Of a stretch of 64,000 nt of DNA, positions 1 through 8,112 are shown in pieces. Position numbers and translations under genes: made by a program. A model generated the notes under the pieces. The model did not search any database and was not told the origin of the DNA. It worked only from the letters and a program-made list of their open reading frames with translations. Position 1 is the first letter of the stretch, and each line of letters starts with the position of its first letter. Origin of the DNA: a virus (Duplodnaviria > Caudoviricetes); IMG/VR virus record IMGVR_UViG_3300033463_000049, positions 1-64,000 of that record. The stretch is one strand, 5' to 3'.

Positions 1-144
1 TTGGCTTTACACCACTTCAACGCCAAGTTTAACATAAGGGGCATTCTGTCCCCCAGCATTGCTTTGTATCCGTTCATACAGTTAAAAATTAGTTGGACGA
101 CCCGGATTCGAACCGGGAATGACAGAACACGTGTTTTTGTATAG

Positions 145-215
145 TTGCCCCAACAGGATTCGAACCTGTGCAGCAAGACCCAAATTCTTGAGTACTACCG
201 TTATACTATAGGGCA
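145..215 (-). tRNA. tRNA-Gln(UUG), nested inside the split tRNA
   Basis: TGCCCTA/TGGGGCA acceptor; anticodon arm CAAGA-AT-TTG-GG-TCTTG; T arm ACAGG-TTCGAAT-CCTGT. Confidence 0.85.
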
Positions 216-216
216 A

Positions 217-750
217 TCAGTTAGGTATATTGTTATAACATTTTATACACATTTTAGAACCGTAATTCATAGGACCTCCACAGTAAGGACATGTGGTATC
301 TGATTTATTAGAATTTCCACAATAATTTTCTGTCTGAGAATGACAATTAGGACATAATATCTGTAAATTTGATAATTCATTGTTTGTCGTATCTCCATCT
401 ATATGATGAAGCTGACATACTAATTGTTTACCATTCCATTCAGATATTCCGCAGATTTCACATCTGTTTTCTTTATATCCTTCATTAATCAATCGATCCT
501 TCAGTTTTGCAGATTTTATTGTAGAATTCTTTGTTAGATATTCTTTTATGTCTTTACGTTTCTATCCTTTTTTCTTCTTATTTCCATAAGTAAAATGTGA
601 AAAGTCAATATTATATAATAATATCTTCTTTTTTAATGTTATTCCATTATTACCTTGTATTGGGATATTTAATTTTCTCAACACATCGCAGAAAGAGTCG
701 CAATCTTTTATGACTCTTTCAATATTTTCTTTTGTCCAATTATATTTCAT
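217..750 (-). CDS. HNH homing endonuclease, 177 aa with one in-frame TAG=Gln
   Basis: ORFs 562-789 and 217-492 are in frame and joined through TAG at 564-562. Motifs CEICG...LHHIDGDTTNNELSNLQILCPNCHS and a C-terminal CPYC/CIKC. Confidence 0.9.
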
Positions 751-851
751 ACATAAATAACGAGCAAAATTCTCATTATAGTTGTACAAAAGTACACATT
801 CTGTAGTGTTACCATTACACCACCGTCCGGTTTAACATTAGTTATTAGTTT

Positions 852-886
852 AAAAGTAGCCGCCATCTTCACAGACAGCGACTACC
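852..886 (-). terminator. intrinsic terminator-like hairpin with GUGA tetraloop
   Basis: GGTAGTCGCTGTCT-GTGA-AGATGGCGGCTAC-TTTT. Confidence 0.55.
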
Positions 887-931
887 GGCTTCATTAAAGT
901 AATAAAAACCTAAACTAAGACCAATTGGTTG

Positions 932-1005
932 TGGACCAGCCAGGGCTTGAACCTGGGACCTCCAGATTATGAGTCTGTTGCTCTAACCAACTGAGCTACA
1001 AGTCC
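932..1005 (-). tRNA. tRNA(CAU), elongator type (Ile2 or Met)
   Basis: GGACTTG...ACAGA-CT-CAT-AA-TCTGG...CCAGG-TTCAAGC-CCTGG-CTGGTCC-A. Confidence 0.9.
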
Positions 1006-1246
1006 TTATGCTAGGGGCTACTATACTTCACCCCTAGCTACCATTCACCTAAGAGATTAGGACTCCCATCCAATCTCAACATACGTCTCACGACGTTTTA
1101 TCTTTTACCAGCATAACTGCGGTAGATTCTGCGTAGGCGGTATTTCTGTTTTATACCGATGTTGCCAGATAACGTTTCTGTTCATAATGTGATCAACAGT
1201 ACGAATTTCTGGATATCCTACTCGAATTTTGTAAAAACTAATCATT

Positions 1247-1840
1247 TTATTTTTGTACTTTGAACACTCTCATGCGCAGAGTTGGGAACATTTCGCGAAT
1301 CTTCTCTTCTGACACTTGTTTGTGTAAAGTTACATAGCATACGTTCCTTTTGGTTATTATAGAATCCTTGTCTATACCAGCCTTAAGAAGCATCTCTTTT
1401 GCTGCATTTTCAGCATGCGCTACAATGTTTATTGTAACTTCTTCTGATGAAACAACACGATGTCTCACGTCTCTCTTGCAGACAGTTCTCTTCCTTGTCT
1501 TATCTGTAACGTAGAAGAAATTAGAAGGAACGAGAATCTGAAGGATCCTCTTAACAGTGATAGCCGGCGTCTCTTTCTTGGACAACGGCACAATCCACGT
1601 CTTTTCACCATTCTGGTGATAGAACGTTTTACAACCAAAGTGTTCTTTGTTGAACAGCAATCGTTTTTCGTGGATTTTTGAAGGATCTACTCGGTGAGCA
1701 TTAATTCTCCTTCCTGTAGCCTCATCTACTTCTTTCTGTTCTCGTTTGAGAGACGACAGAAGTGGTCGCTTACTCGGCGCCTTTTTTACTTTCCACGAAG
1801 CATTTGTGCGACTTTTAGCATGCAATAAACATTTTTTCAT
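1247..1840 (-). CDS. hypothetical basic protein
   Basis: 197-aa ORF preceded by the shared CATTATCAAA-ATG start motif. Confidence 0.75.
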   Translation of the reverse strand: MKKCLLHAKSRTNASWKVKKAPSKRPLLSSLKREQKEVDEATGRRINAHRVDPSKIHEKRLLFNKEHFGCKTFYHQNGEKTWIVPLSKKETPAITVKRILQILVPSNFFYVTDKTRKRTVCKRDVRHRVVSSEEVTINIVAHAENAAKEMLLKAGIDKDSIITKRNVCYVTLHKQVSEEKIREMFPTLRMRVFKVQK

Positions 1841-1911
1841 TTTGATAATGCTTTTTGTTTAACTGTTATAAAATATCCAGTTTTTAAAGAACTTGGTATA
1901 AACTTTTATAA

Positions 1912-2931
1912 TTATTTCCAAAATTTTATCGTTTGGTTTTTAACGTAATCTTTGAACTTTGGATATTTCTTGTCGATTGACTCTCGTTCAGTCGTCCAAA
2001 CGTAATCAGCGTCTACACATATTTTAGCTGATGGTTGTCCTTTGAACCAAGGAATACTACAATCACCAACTTTAATAGGTATATCGTTTATATTCTTCGT
2101 TTGTATTCTGAACTGAACGGGTGGCGTTTCGTTGTAACTATAAGTATTAACCATAGTCTTAGTACTTACTCCAAACGCATTGTGTACTTCATTGCCATCT
2201 ATATATAATGGTAAAGTACCTCCTGCGGCGAGCAATGTAACTACATCACCATCTATTCCAAATACCACATCGTTGTAGTCGAAATCAGTGCTTTGTACAC
2301 CTAAATCTTCTGCAATTATGATTTTAGAATATGCCGGTGAGATTTTCACAATCCAATCATTGTACAGTCCGTCAGGACTTTCTCGCTGATTAGGATTCAT
2401 ACCGTCAGCAGAAAAATCAAAACCTACGTAATATTGACCATCGATTTCTTTTATATAATAGTCGTTGTGCATCTTATTGTCAAGACTATTATGATAACCG
2501 AAATTAAGCGTTGTAGAGTTGACCATCTTCATAACACTACCAGTATTGGCATTGAAGTTTGCTATGTGGTCATCGTAGCCGCAATATAGCCAGTCCATAT
2601 TAGAGTGTTTGCCAGATATGTGTTGAACATAAAAGTTCATCCAGTCTACTTCGATACTGTTTGTAGGAAAGTAGTGTGTGTCAAACCAACGCGTCACTTT
2701 CTCTATCTCTGTACGAGTAGGGGCAGCTGGCGTGTAGTCCCACATATTGGCATTTACATCAGCGCTACGTGTAATAGCGTCAAATCCCCACATATGGTCT
2801 TTTTGTGGTTCACCATAGGTACTTACGAACTCCTTTTTGAAGTTCTCGTTTTTGACCTGTTGCTGGTCAATGTTTTCTTTACAGCAACACATTAGTACTG
2901 TAAGAAGTAGGAATAGAATTGATTTCTTCAT
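1912..2931 (-). CDS. Bacteroidota-type lipoprotein, DUF4842/LruC-like C-terminus
   Basis: Lipoprotein-type signal MKKSILFLLLTVLMCCCK; motifs AEDLG..TDFDYNDVVF, LLAAGGTLP, W..ER..I...YP.F. Confidence 0.7.
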   Translation of the reverse strand: MKKSILFLLLTVLMCCCKENIDQQQVKNENFKKEFVSTYGEPQKDHMWGFDAITRSADVNANMWDYTPAAPTRTEIEKVTRWFDTHYFPTNSIEVDWMNFYVQHISGKHSNMDWLYCGYDDHIANFNANTGSVMKMVNSTTLNFGYHNSLDNKMHNDYYIKEIDGQYYVGFDFSADGMNPNQRESPDGLYNDWIVKISPAYSKIIIAEDLGVQSTDFDYNDVVFGIDGDVVTLLAAGGTLPLYIDGNEVHNAFGVSTKTMVNTYSYNETPPVQFRIQTKNINDIPIKVGDCSIPWFKGQPSAKICVDADYVWTTERESIDKKYPKFKDYVKNQTIKFWK

Positions 2932-2955
2932 TGTTTTTTTGTTTTATAAATATTT

Positions 2956-3423
2956 TTATAATTTTAATGGCGTTCTGTAACACTCATCTTGTTCCCGGAT
3001 CAAGAATCTTGTTATTCCTACAAAAGTAAAGAAACTCTGATTTAACAGATACAATTCATGCTTTCTCCAAAATCTCGAAACTTGTGGTACAATATGTCCA
3101 GGAATTATTCGTTCCCCGTACTTCATTGTTGCGCACAATGGGTGTTGATTTAAGAATTCCTCTGTTAGTCTAAATGTGACATAACCAAAATACTCCCACG
3201 ACCAATAGCCAACATAGACATCTTTTGGCATCAGACAGTCTTCCGGAGCTAATTCCGTTGGTCTATCTTCACGTGCAAAGTTTAAGTATCCGAGCAGAGG
3301 TTTGCCGGTTTTACTTTCTACGGTACATATTATTGTAACAGGTCTTACAATACTTATATACCCAGGAACAAGAATTAATTCTATAGCTCCTTGAACATTG
3401 ATTGTGTCTCCTCGTTTCCACAT
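2956..3423 (-). CDS. hypothetical protein
   Basis: 155-aa ORF colinear with its neighbours. Confidence 0.7.
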   Translation of the reverse strand: MWKRGDTINVQGAIELILVPGYISIVRPVTIICTVESKTGKPLLGYLNFAREDRPTELAPEDCLMPKDVYVGYWSWEYFGYVTFRLTEEFLNQHPLCATMKYGERIIPGHIVPQVSRFWRKHELYLLNQSFFTFVGITRFLIREQDECYRTPLKL

Positions 3424-3456
3424 AATAATTATAATTTAAAAGTTTACAGATTCTAG

Positions 3457-3509
3457 GAGTGAGTGCGGGAGTCGAACCCGCAGAATTAACTCGTCCAAAT
3501 TACTCACTC
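3457..3509 (-). ncRNA. tRNA-like minihelix (8-bp acceptor plus T arm, no D or anticodon arm)
   Basis: GAGTGAGT/ACTCACTC stem; GCGGG-TTCGACT-CCCGC T arm; 20-nt connector. Confidence 0.7.
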
Positions 3510-3800
3510 TTTGTTCGCGTTTAGGTAGTACGCACCGACTTCACGCAGCCTCCTTGAGGCCCGTGTAGTCTGCAATGTTAATATTGCCAGTTAAATTTAT
3601 ATCAAAGCGCTTAATGTGTTTACTTCCACTGCCGTCAAATGCATTCAGGCCCGTGTTAAAATGGGGCGCGTGACAGTCGCCCCGCCAGTGTTCGATTGAG
3701 TGTATATTTTCGGAACTGGTAGTGGACCTGGAGGGTATGCCTCCCTCGTCCGAACAGTTTACCTCACACACGCTAAGATTTCGCACTAAAGATCGTGGAA
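3510..3800 (-). ncRNA. ssrA: circularly permuted (two-piece) tmRNA; outer boundaries approximate
   Basis: Acceptor piece ends GGAC-GAGGG-AGGCATA-CCCTC-CAGGTCC-A (3723) and lies upstream of the coding piece starting GGGCCTG (3652). G3:U70 pair and A73. Tag frame 3588-3541 encodes GNINIADYTGLKEAA-stop after TAACT. Confidence 0.85.
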
Positions 3801-4117
3801 ATAACTATTCCATAATGGAGATTCCCCATCTCCGTCTACTTCATTGCATGAACAATAATCTTTGACTTCTGGGTTATCTTCTAAGGACTTTAACATTTCC
3901 TCGGCCTTTTCATCAGATACTTGGTAAAAAACTAATATATGTTTCATATCAAATAAATATTTGTGAGCAAAGGTGGACGCGACCCGCCAATGCTCTGTGA
4001 CGCTATTTTAAAGCCTCCTGGCGCATTTTACAGTCGTTGTGGTCAGCTGTTCCACTTTAACTATAAAACGCGTCAGAGAGGCTGTAAATGGCTTATGAGT
4101 GTGTACGGTGATATGAC

Positions 4118-4388
4118 TGATACAAAGATACTCGCATGTCGTACAGACGTACTTTGATAGTCTGTATGAGCTAAGCTGGTACAATGACACACATACAGTT
4201 TTGCTATTGAGCATAAAAGCATATTTTACGTCTTAGCTAGACGTTTGAATCCACCATTGATACAAAGATACTTAGGCATGTGTCGATTCACATAACACCT
4301 TTGCAATACTCTTCGTGGTCTTATTTGTCTAATTACAATGCCGTTTCCTAAATGCAAATTGGTGTATTACACGTGATACAAAGATACT
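4118..4388. repeat. three exact 15-bp direct repeats TGATACAAAGATACT
   Basis: Copies at 4118-4132, 4258-4272 and 4374-4388; the minus strand contains TATCTTTG (Bacteroidota -7 box TAnnTTTG). Confidence 0.85.
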
Positions 4389-4415
4389 TGTGTATAGATT
4401 CGTTCCTACCGTGGG

Positions 4416-5015
4416 TTACCAACGCCACGAATAAGAGAAGTAGCCAGGATACTCCGACTCGAGGTTGCTCTTGTCGATATCATACTGCTTCTCCAGAGCG
4501 GTCTTTTCCTTACGCTCTGCATCTGCCATACGCTCGCTCAGATCGTCGTACTCAGGACAGGTGATGCTGCCAGGAACCCAGACCTCTTCGCCGCCCTTCT
4601 TGAGCTCGAATGTCTTCTTCTCCTTAACAGGGTTGCCGTCCTTATAGTCGGTGATGACTTCCATCTCCAGCTTGCCGTCCTTGCCGCCCATTTTGGTGAT
4701 GTGCTCTTCGTTGAGCAAGAAGCCGGACATCTGATACTGGAGCTTTTCAGCCTCTTTCAGGTACTTCAGCGTGATGTTGTTCTCATGACGACGCTTCTGC
4801 AGCTGCAAAAGCTTAAGTCTGCGCTGGAACTCTGAGCGCAGCGAACGCGTCATGATGTTTTCCTTCAGACGGTCGTCCTTGGTTTTCTTGATGTTCTCCA
4901 TCACTGCCTTAGTGATTTCTACACTTGCAGTACCTTCTCTACGTACTACTGTGCTGATGTTGTCGATGTCGACAACGCCGTTTTGCTGCTGAGCAGCGTC
5001 TTTCTTGTTTGCCAT
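4416..5015 (-). CDS. hypothetical protein, probably highly expressed
   Basis: 199 aa, strong codon bias, CATTATCAAA-ATG start motif. Confidence 0.85.
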   Translation of the reverse strand: MANKKDAAQQQNGVVDIDNISTVVRREGTASVEITKAVMENIKKTKDDRLKENIMTRSLRSEFQRRLKLLQLQKRRHENNITLKYLKEAEKLQYQMSGFLLNEEHITKMGGKDGKLEMEVITDYKDGNPVKEKKTFELKKGGEEVWVPGSITCPEYDDLSERMADAERKEKTALEKQYDIDKSNLESEYPGYFSYSWRW

Positions 5016-5055
5016 TTTGATAATGATTTTGTTATTGTAAAAAATTAACTAAAAC

Positions 5056-5190
5056 TTACTGGTCTTCCCAGTGTGATCGCTTTCCGTTAGCTCTGCAATA
5101 CGGATCCATCTTTCGATGTGCACCTCTTTCGTGCTTTTTTACTTCTATATCGCGTCGCTTAGAGGGCCGATCTCGCCATGTCTTTCCCAT
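5056..5190 (-). CDS. small basic protein (44 aa, MGKTWRDRPSKRR...), not in ORF track
   Basis: ATG 5190 to TAA 5056 fills the gap between co-oriented genes. Confidence 0.55.
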   Translation of the reverse strand: MGKTWRDRPSKRRDIEVKKHERGAHRKMDPYCRANGKRSHWEDQ

Positions 5191-5194
5191 ATAC

Positions 5195-5689
5195 TTACCA
5201 CCTTGAAATAAATCCGTATAAAGTTTTAAACACAGCGATTTTCTGTCCAGTGAAGTTATACTTATCCATCAGGCTTGCTGAGATGTTTAAGTCTTCTTTA
5301 GACAGAATTTCTAGCGAATTGTCAAAACGCTTCTTTTCTTCCTCTTGCCCTAGTCTGAGGTAAGCGTTCAGAACTGCTCCTGTAAACTCCTTCTTGTTAA
5401 AGGGTTTTGCAAGGGCATGTGCTAGAATTGTACCGAAATAGATGATGGCCTCATCTTCGGGAGTATTTTTAACTCGGGGTTTTTTTGTCGCCTTTGTCAT
5501 TGTTTTTACTACCCCAGAGACATGATCGCTAGCAAGTAGAACTTGAGCGATTTCCTGCTGATCGAACACAACAGCGTGAACTGTTTCTGCTCCGCTTTGT
5601 TTACCAACAGCTGTTTGGAGATTTATGACGAAGGTGTCATCGGGGGCAGCTTCCCCCTCATAAATTAAAAGGATTGCGCGTGTCTGCAT
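5195..5689 (-). CDS. hypothetical protein
   Basis: 164-aa ORF in the operon. Confidence 0.8.
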   Translation of the reverse strand: MQTRAILLIYEGEAAPDDTFVINLQTAVGKQSGAETVHAVVFDQQEIAQVLLASDHVSGVVKTMTKATKKPRVKNTPEDEAIIYFGTILAHALAKPFNKKEFTGAVLNAYLRLGQEEEKKRFDNSLEILSKEDLNISASLMDKYNFTGQKIAVFKTLYGFISRW

Positions 5690-5700
5690 CTTTGCCAGTG

Positions 5701-6213
5701 TTAATCGATGATTGTAAATTTCTTGCCGTCAATAATTGTGTCAGTCCTAATTTTAGGAGACGACTCGTTCAGAAGCTTGTCAAGCTGTACGTCTGATGAA
5801 TCTTTCGGCCTTTCGGATAGTTTTGTACTGATAGAGGAGTCAATGAATTTATAGACAGTATTATAATTCTGCCTATATTCATATACAATATCCCTCTTGG
5901 TTGCACTACCCTGCCGTTTAATAACGACTTGAGCAATGTTAACTAAAGCTTCCTGTGGGATAGCCCGGAACGTTGAATCAATAGAGTTTTCATCAGCTAT
6001 TCGTTGTCGAAACTGATAAACATCATCAACCGACATAAACGTCGGATTGAGCACACTGGCAACAGCCTCTTTGAGCTGTGCGTTTTCTGTTGTGTCTTCT
6101 AATAGGTAATCAGCATACTTCTGATCCTCGTAGTAGTTATAGCCCAGCGAAGACACAATACTGAGCGCTACTACCCCGACTATTGTCAGGAGAACATAAA
6201 CAAATTTCTTCAT
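5701..6213 (-). CDS. membrane-anchored hypothetical protein
   Basis: N-terminal TM or signal helix; CATTATCAAA-ATG motif. Confidence 0.8.
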   Translation of the reverse strand: MKKFVYVLLTIVGVVALSIVSSLGYNYYEDQKYADYLLEDTTENAQLKEAVASVLNPTFMSVDDVYQFRQRIADENSIDSTFRAIPQEALVNIAQVVIKRQGSATKRDIVYEYRQNYNTVYKFIDSSISTKLSERPKDSSDVQLDKLLNESSPKIRTDTIIDGKKFTIID

Positions 6214-6244
6214 TTTGATAATGAGAATTTAATTAAACAATTGG

Positions 6245-6487
6245 TCATTTCTGACCGTCGGATTTTCTAATTCCTTCCCACTCACTGATAAATATTACTA
6301 AGAATACTATAGTGAGTATTGCAGATGCAACGAATTGACAGGTATTGTGAAGATTTGCATCTTTCTTCATGTCGTCATACGACATGCCGGTTACTGCCAA
6401 TAGTCCCAAAAGAGCAACGAAATACATTGTAGAGATGATAATTCTCTCCGCAAATGTTTTAATTTTCACACCATTTCCCATAATCAT
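6245..6487 (-). CDS. small two-TM membrane protein
   Basis: Two hydrophobic helices. Confidence 0.65.
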   Translation of the reverse strand: MIMGNGVKIKTFAERIIISTMYFVALLGLLAVTGMSYDDMKKDANLHNTCQFVASAILTIVFLVIFISEWEGIRKSDGQK

Positions 6488-6731
6488 TTTCGTTAAGGAA
6501 ATACGATTCGTTGTCCTCTAAGCAAGAGTCACGACGTTCATGCAAATCATAATCAGAGAATGATACTACACATATGTCAGCATCATCTGCCTCTTTCCAT
6601 GTTTTGTATTGAACATTGTTTTCTTCACACCACTTTTTCATGTGGCGTACATTCATGTGGTGACCGCGAACTGCCATTTCACGTTCTCCATAGGTGCGTC
6701 TACACCTTCTCAGTTTCTTTTTCGCTTCCAT
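6459..6731 (-). CDS. hypothetical protein
   Basis: 90-aa ORF. Confidence 0.6.
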   Translation of the reverse strand: MEAKKKLRRCRRTYGEREMAVRGHHMNVRHMKKWCEENNVQYKTWKEADDADICVVSFSDYDLHERRDSCLEDNESYFLNENDYGKWCEN

Positions 6732-6842
6732 TGTTGTTTACGATTTGATTGAACTGACAAAAAACGCATACGGCTGCGTTGCATTCTGTACAATCGTTGT
6801 TGTTCATAATAATTGTTTAATTGTTTCTGCAATATTGCATTG

Positions 6843-6915
6843 TGTGTCGTGTTGGACTCAAACCAACGACCTCCGGCTTATCGAGCCGGTGCTCTATCAA
6901 CTGAGCTAACGACAC
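6843..6915 (-). tRNA. tRNA-Ile(GAU) with C33
   Basis: GTGTCGT/ACGACAC acceptor; CCGGC-TC-GAT-AA-GCCGG; T loop TTTGAGT. Confidence 0.8.
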
Positions 6916-7050
6916 TGTCGCCTATAGACGTCTGGCGACAACTGTGGATATTTCTGTATCTCCTAGCAGCGGGTCTTCTATTTATAAGCTGCTTCTTGCG
7001 CGACCCCGATTTCGTAACATCCATACCACAGCATCCGTTTTAATGGTTTG

Positions 7051-7122
7051 TAGTCGATAGCAGAATCGAACTGCTCTTTAGAGAATGAAAATCTCTCGTC
7101 CTAACCGATAGACGAATCGACC
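7051..7122 (-). tRNA. tRNA-Glu(UUC)
   Basis: GGTCGAT/ATCGACT; AGAGA-TT-TTC-AT-TCTCT; AGCAG-TTCGATT-CTGCT. Confidence 0.9.
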
Positions 7123-7127
7123 GAATT

Positions 7128-7222
7128 AAAAATCAGTACCACTCTCACGAGCAATACTGATTCACATCATACCATGAGCAAAACTTTGAAATCTAACATT
7201 ACTCTCACGAGCTATGATAGAA
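7128..7222 (-). terminator. two tandem GUGA-tetraloop hairpins, the downstream one with a U tract
   Basis: ACTCTCACGAGC core repeated at 7141 and 7201; AATCAGTATTGCTC-GTGA-GAGTGGTACTGATT-TTT. Confidence 0.55.
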
Positions 7223-7344
7223 CAAAAGTAAGCCAATCATTTTTACCAATAACTAAAGGTTTAATTGTGCCAGGATTTTCATAAATCCGAATGAGACAAT
7301 TCAAAAAGATTAACAAGGTATATGCGTTTAAAAAATAACGTTAG

Positions 7345-7416
7345 TTAGGGAGGGCGGATTCAAACCACCGTCTACAGAAACCATATCTGTCGCTCTAAAC
7401 GCTGAGCTACTCCCCA
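7345..7416 (-). tRNA. tRNA-Pro(UGG)-like with atypical anticodon loop
   Basis: TGGGGAG/CTCCCTA; ACAGA-TA-TGG-TT-TCTGT (A33, U37); D loop lacks GG. Confidence 0.65.
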
Positions 7417-7896
7417 GGTGTACGTGTATTTACCCACGCACAGGTGTCAGCTTCTTTTTAAGTCTCCTCTGACCACGACTTTGTACCGACTAGCCCCAAC
7501 ATCTAGAATGGTCACGGTACTGTGGGGTCTAATAGCATTACCCCTTTGTACACACTTACGATCTATATTATCGTAAGCCTTGACGGATTGTCGATCCGGC
7601 ATGATTGTAGGTCGAGTGACGCGTCTTTCAGGTTTCCTTGTTTAATTCTGACTAACCTGATAAAAATCCAGACGCCTACAATCTGCATGCGCACCCTCTC
7701 ATCATTCGTACTGAGATCCCTAGGAATTTCCATGGAGTCTGATTCACTCAATACTTGCGGGCTTGAGGTTTCCGCTTTAGCTGATTTCTATGCATACTGC
7801 GGCAGGGGAGCTAATAACTTAAAACAAACTTATGGCTTCAAACTCATTCATTTGCTCCCCCACCGCGCGTGAGAATATATGAAAGTAATTAAAGTA

Positions 7897-8112
7897 TTAC
7901 ATTTTTGCTAGTCGTGCTAGTTTCTTATATTCTCGTTTTGCCTCTTCACGAGGCATTGTGGTCATAATCATACGTCCATCTACATCTTTATAGATTGCCC
8001 ACTTAAACGCATGATGTGCCAGCAAAGATACTTTATTACCAAAAGCATCTTCAAATTGTGCAATGATCCTATGCTGGCAACGATTAGGATCATATTTCTT
8101 TTTTCGTGTCAT
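7897..8112 (-). CDS. hypothetical protein
   Basis: 71 aa; ATGA overlap with the upstream gene. Confidence 0.7.
   Translation of the reverse strand: MTRKKKYDPNRCQHRIIAQFEDAFGNKVSLLAHHAFKWAIYKDVDGRMIMTTMPREEAKREYKKLARLAKM

Larger units (their letters stand above)
93..829 (-). tRNA. tRNA-Gln-like gene split in the anticodon loop by an insertion of about 670 bp
   Basis: 5' half 829-798: CGGACGG-TG-GTGT-AATGGTA-ACAC-T-ACAGA-AT. 3' half 128-93: GT-TCTGT-CATT-CCCGG-TTCGAAT-CCGGG-TCGTCCA-A. Acceptor and anticodon stems pair across the gap. Gln-like body; anticodon not determinable. Confidence 0.85.

Noticed and set aside
1-25. 5' part of another tRNA on the minus strand (GTTGAAG-TG-GTGT-AAAG...)
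   Set aside because: Truncated by the window edge, so the cloverleaf cannot be verified.
129-797. Group I intron in the tRNA anticodon
   Set aside because: The insert is almost entirely HNH ORF plus nested tRNA; there is no room for, or sign of, P3-P7 core elements.
3541-3786. 81-aa protein listed in the ORF track
   Set aside because: It overlaps the tmRNA stems; only the last 15 codons make sense, as the tag frame.
3880-3925. Hammerhead ribozyme (CTGATGA...GAAA on the minus strand)
   Set aside because: The intervening AAAGGCCGAG cannot form stem II and no stem III is evident.
4118-4388. CRISPR array
   Set aside because: Repeats are only 15 bp, spacers are 101-125 bp and unequal, and no cas genes are in the window.
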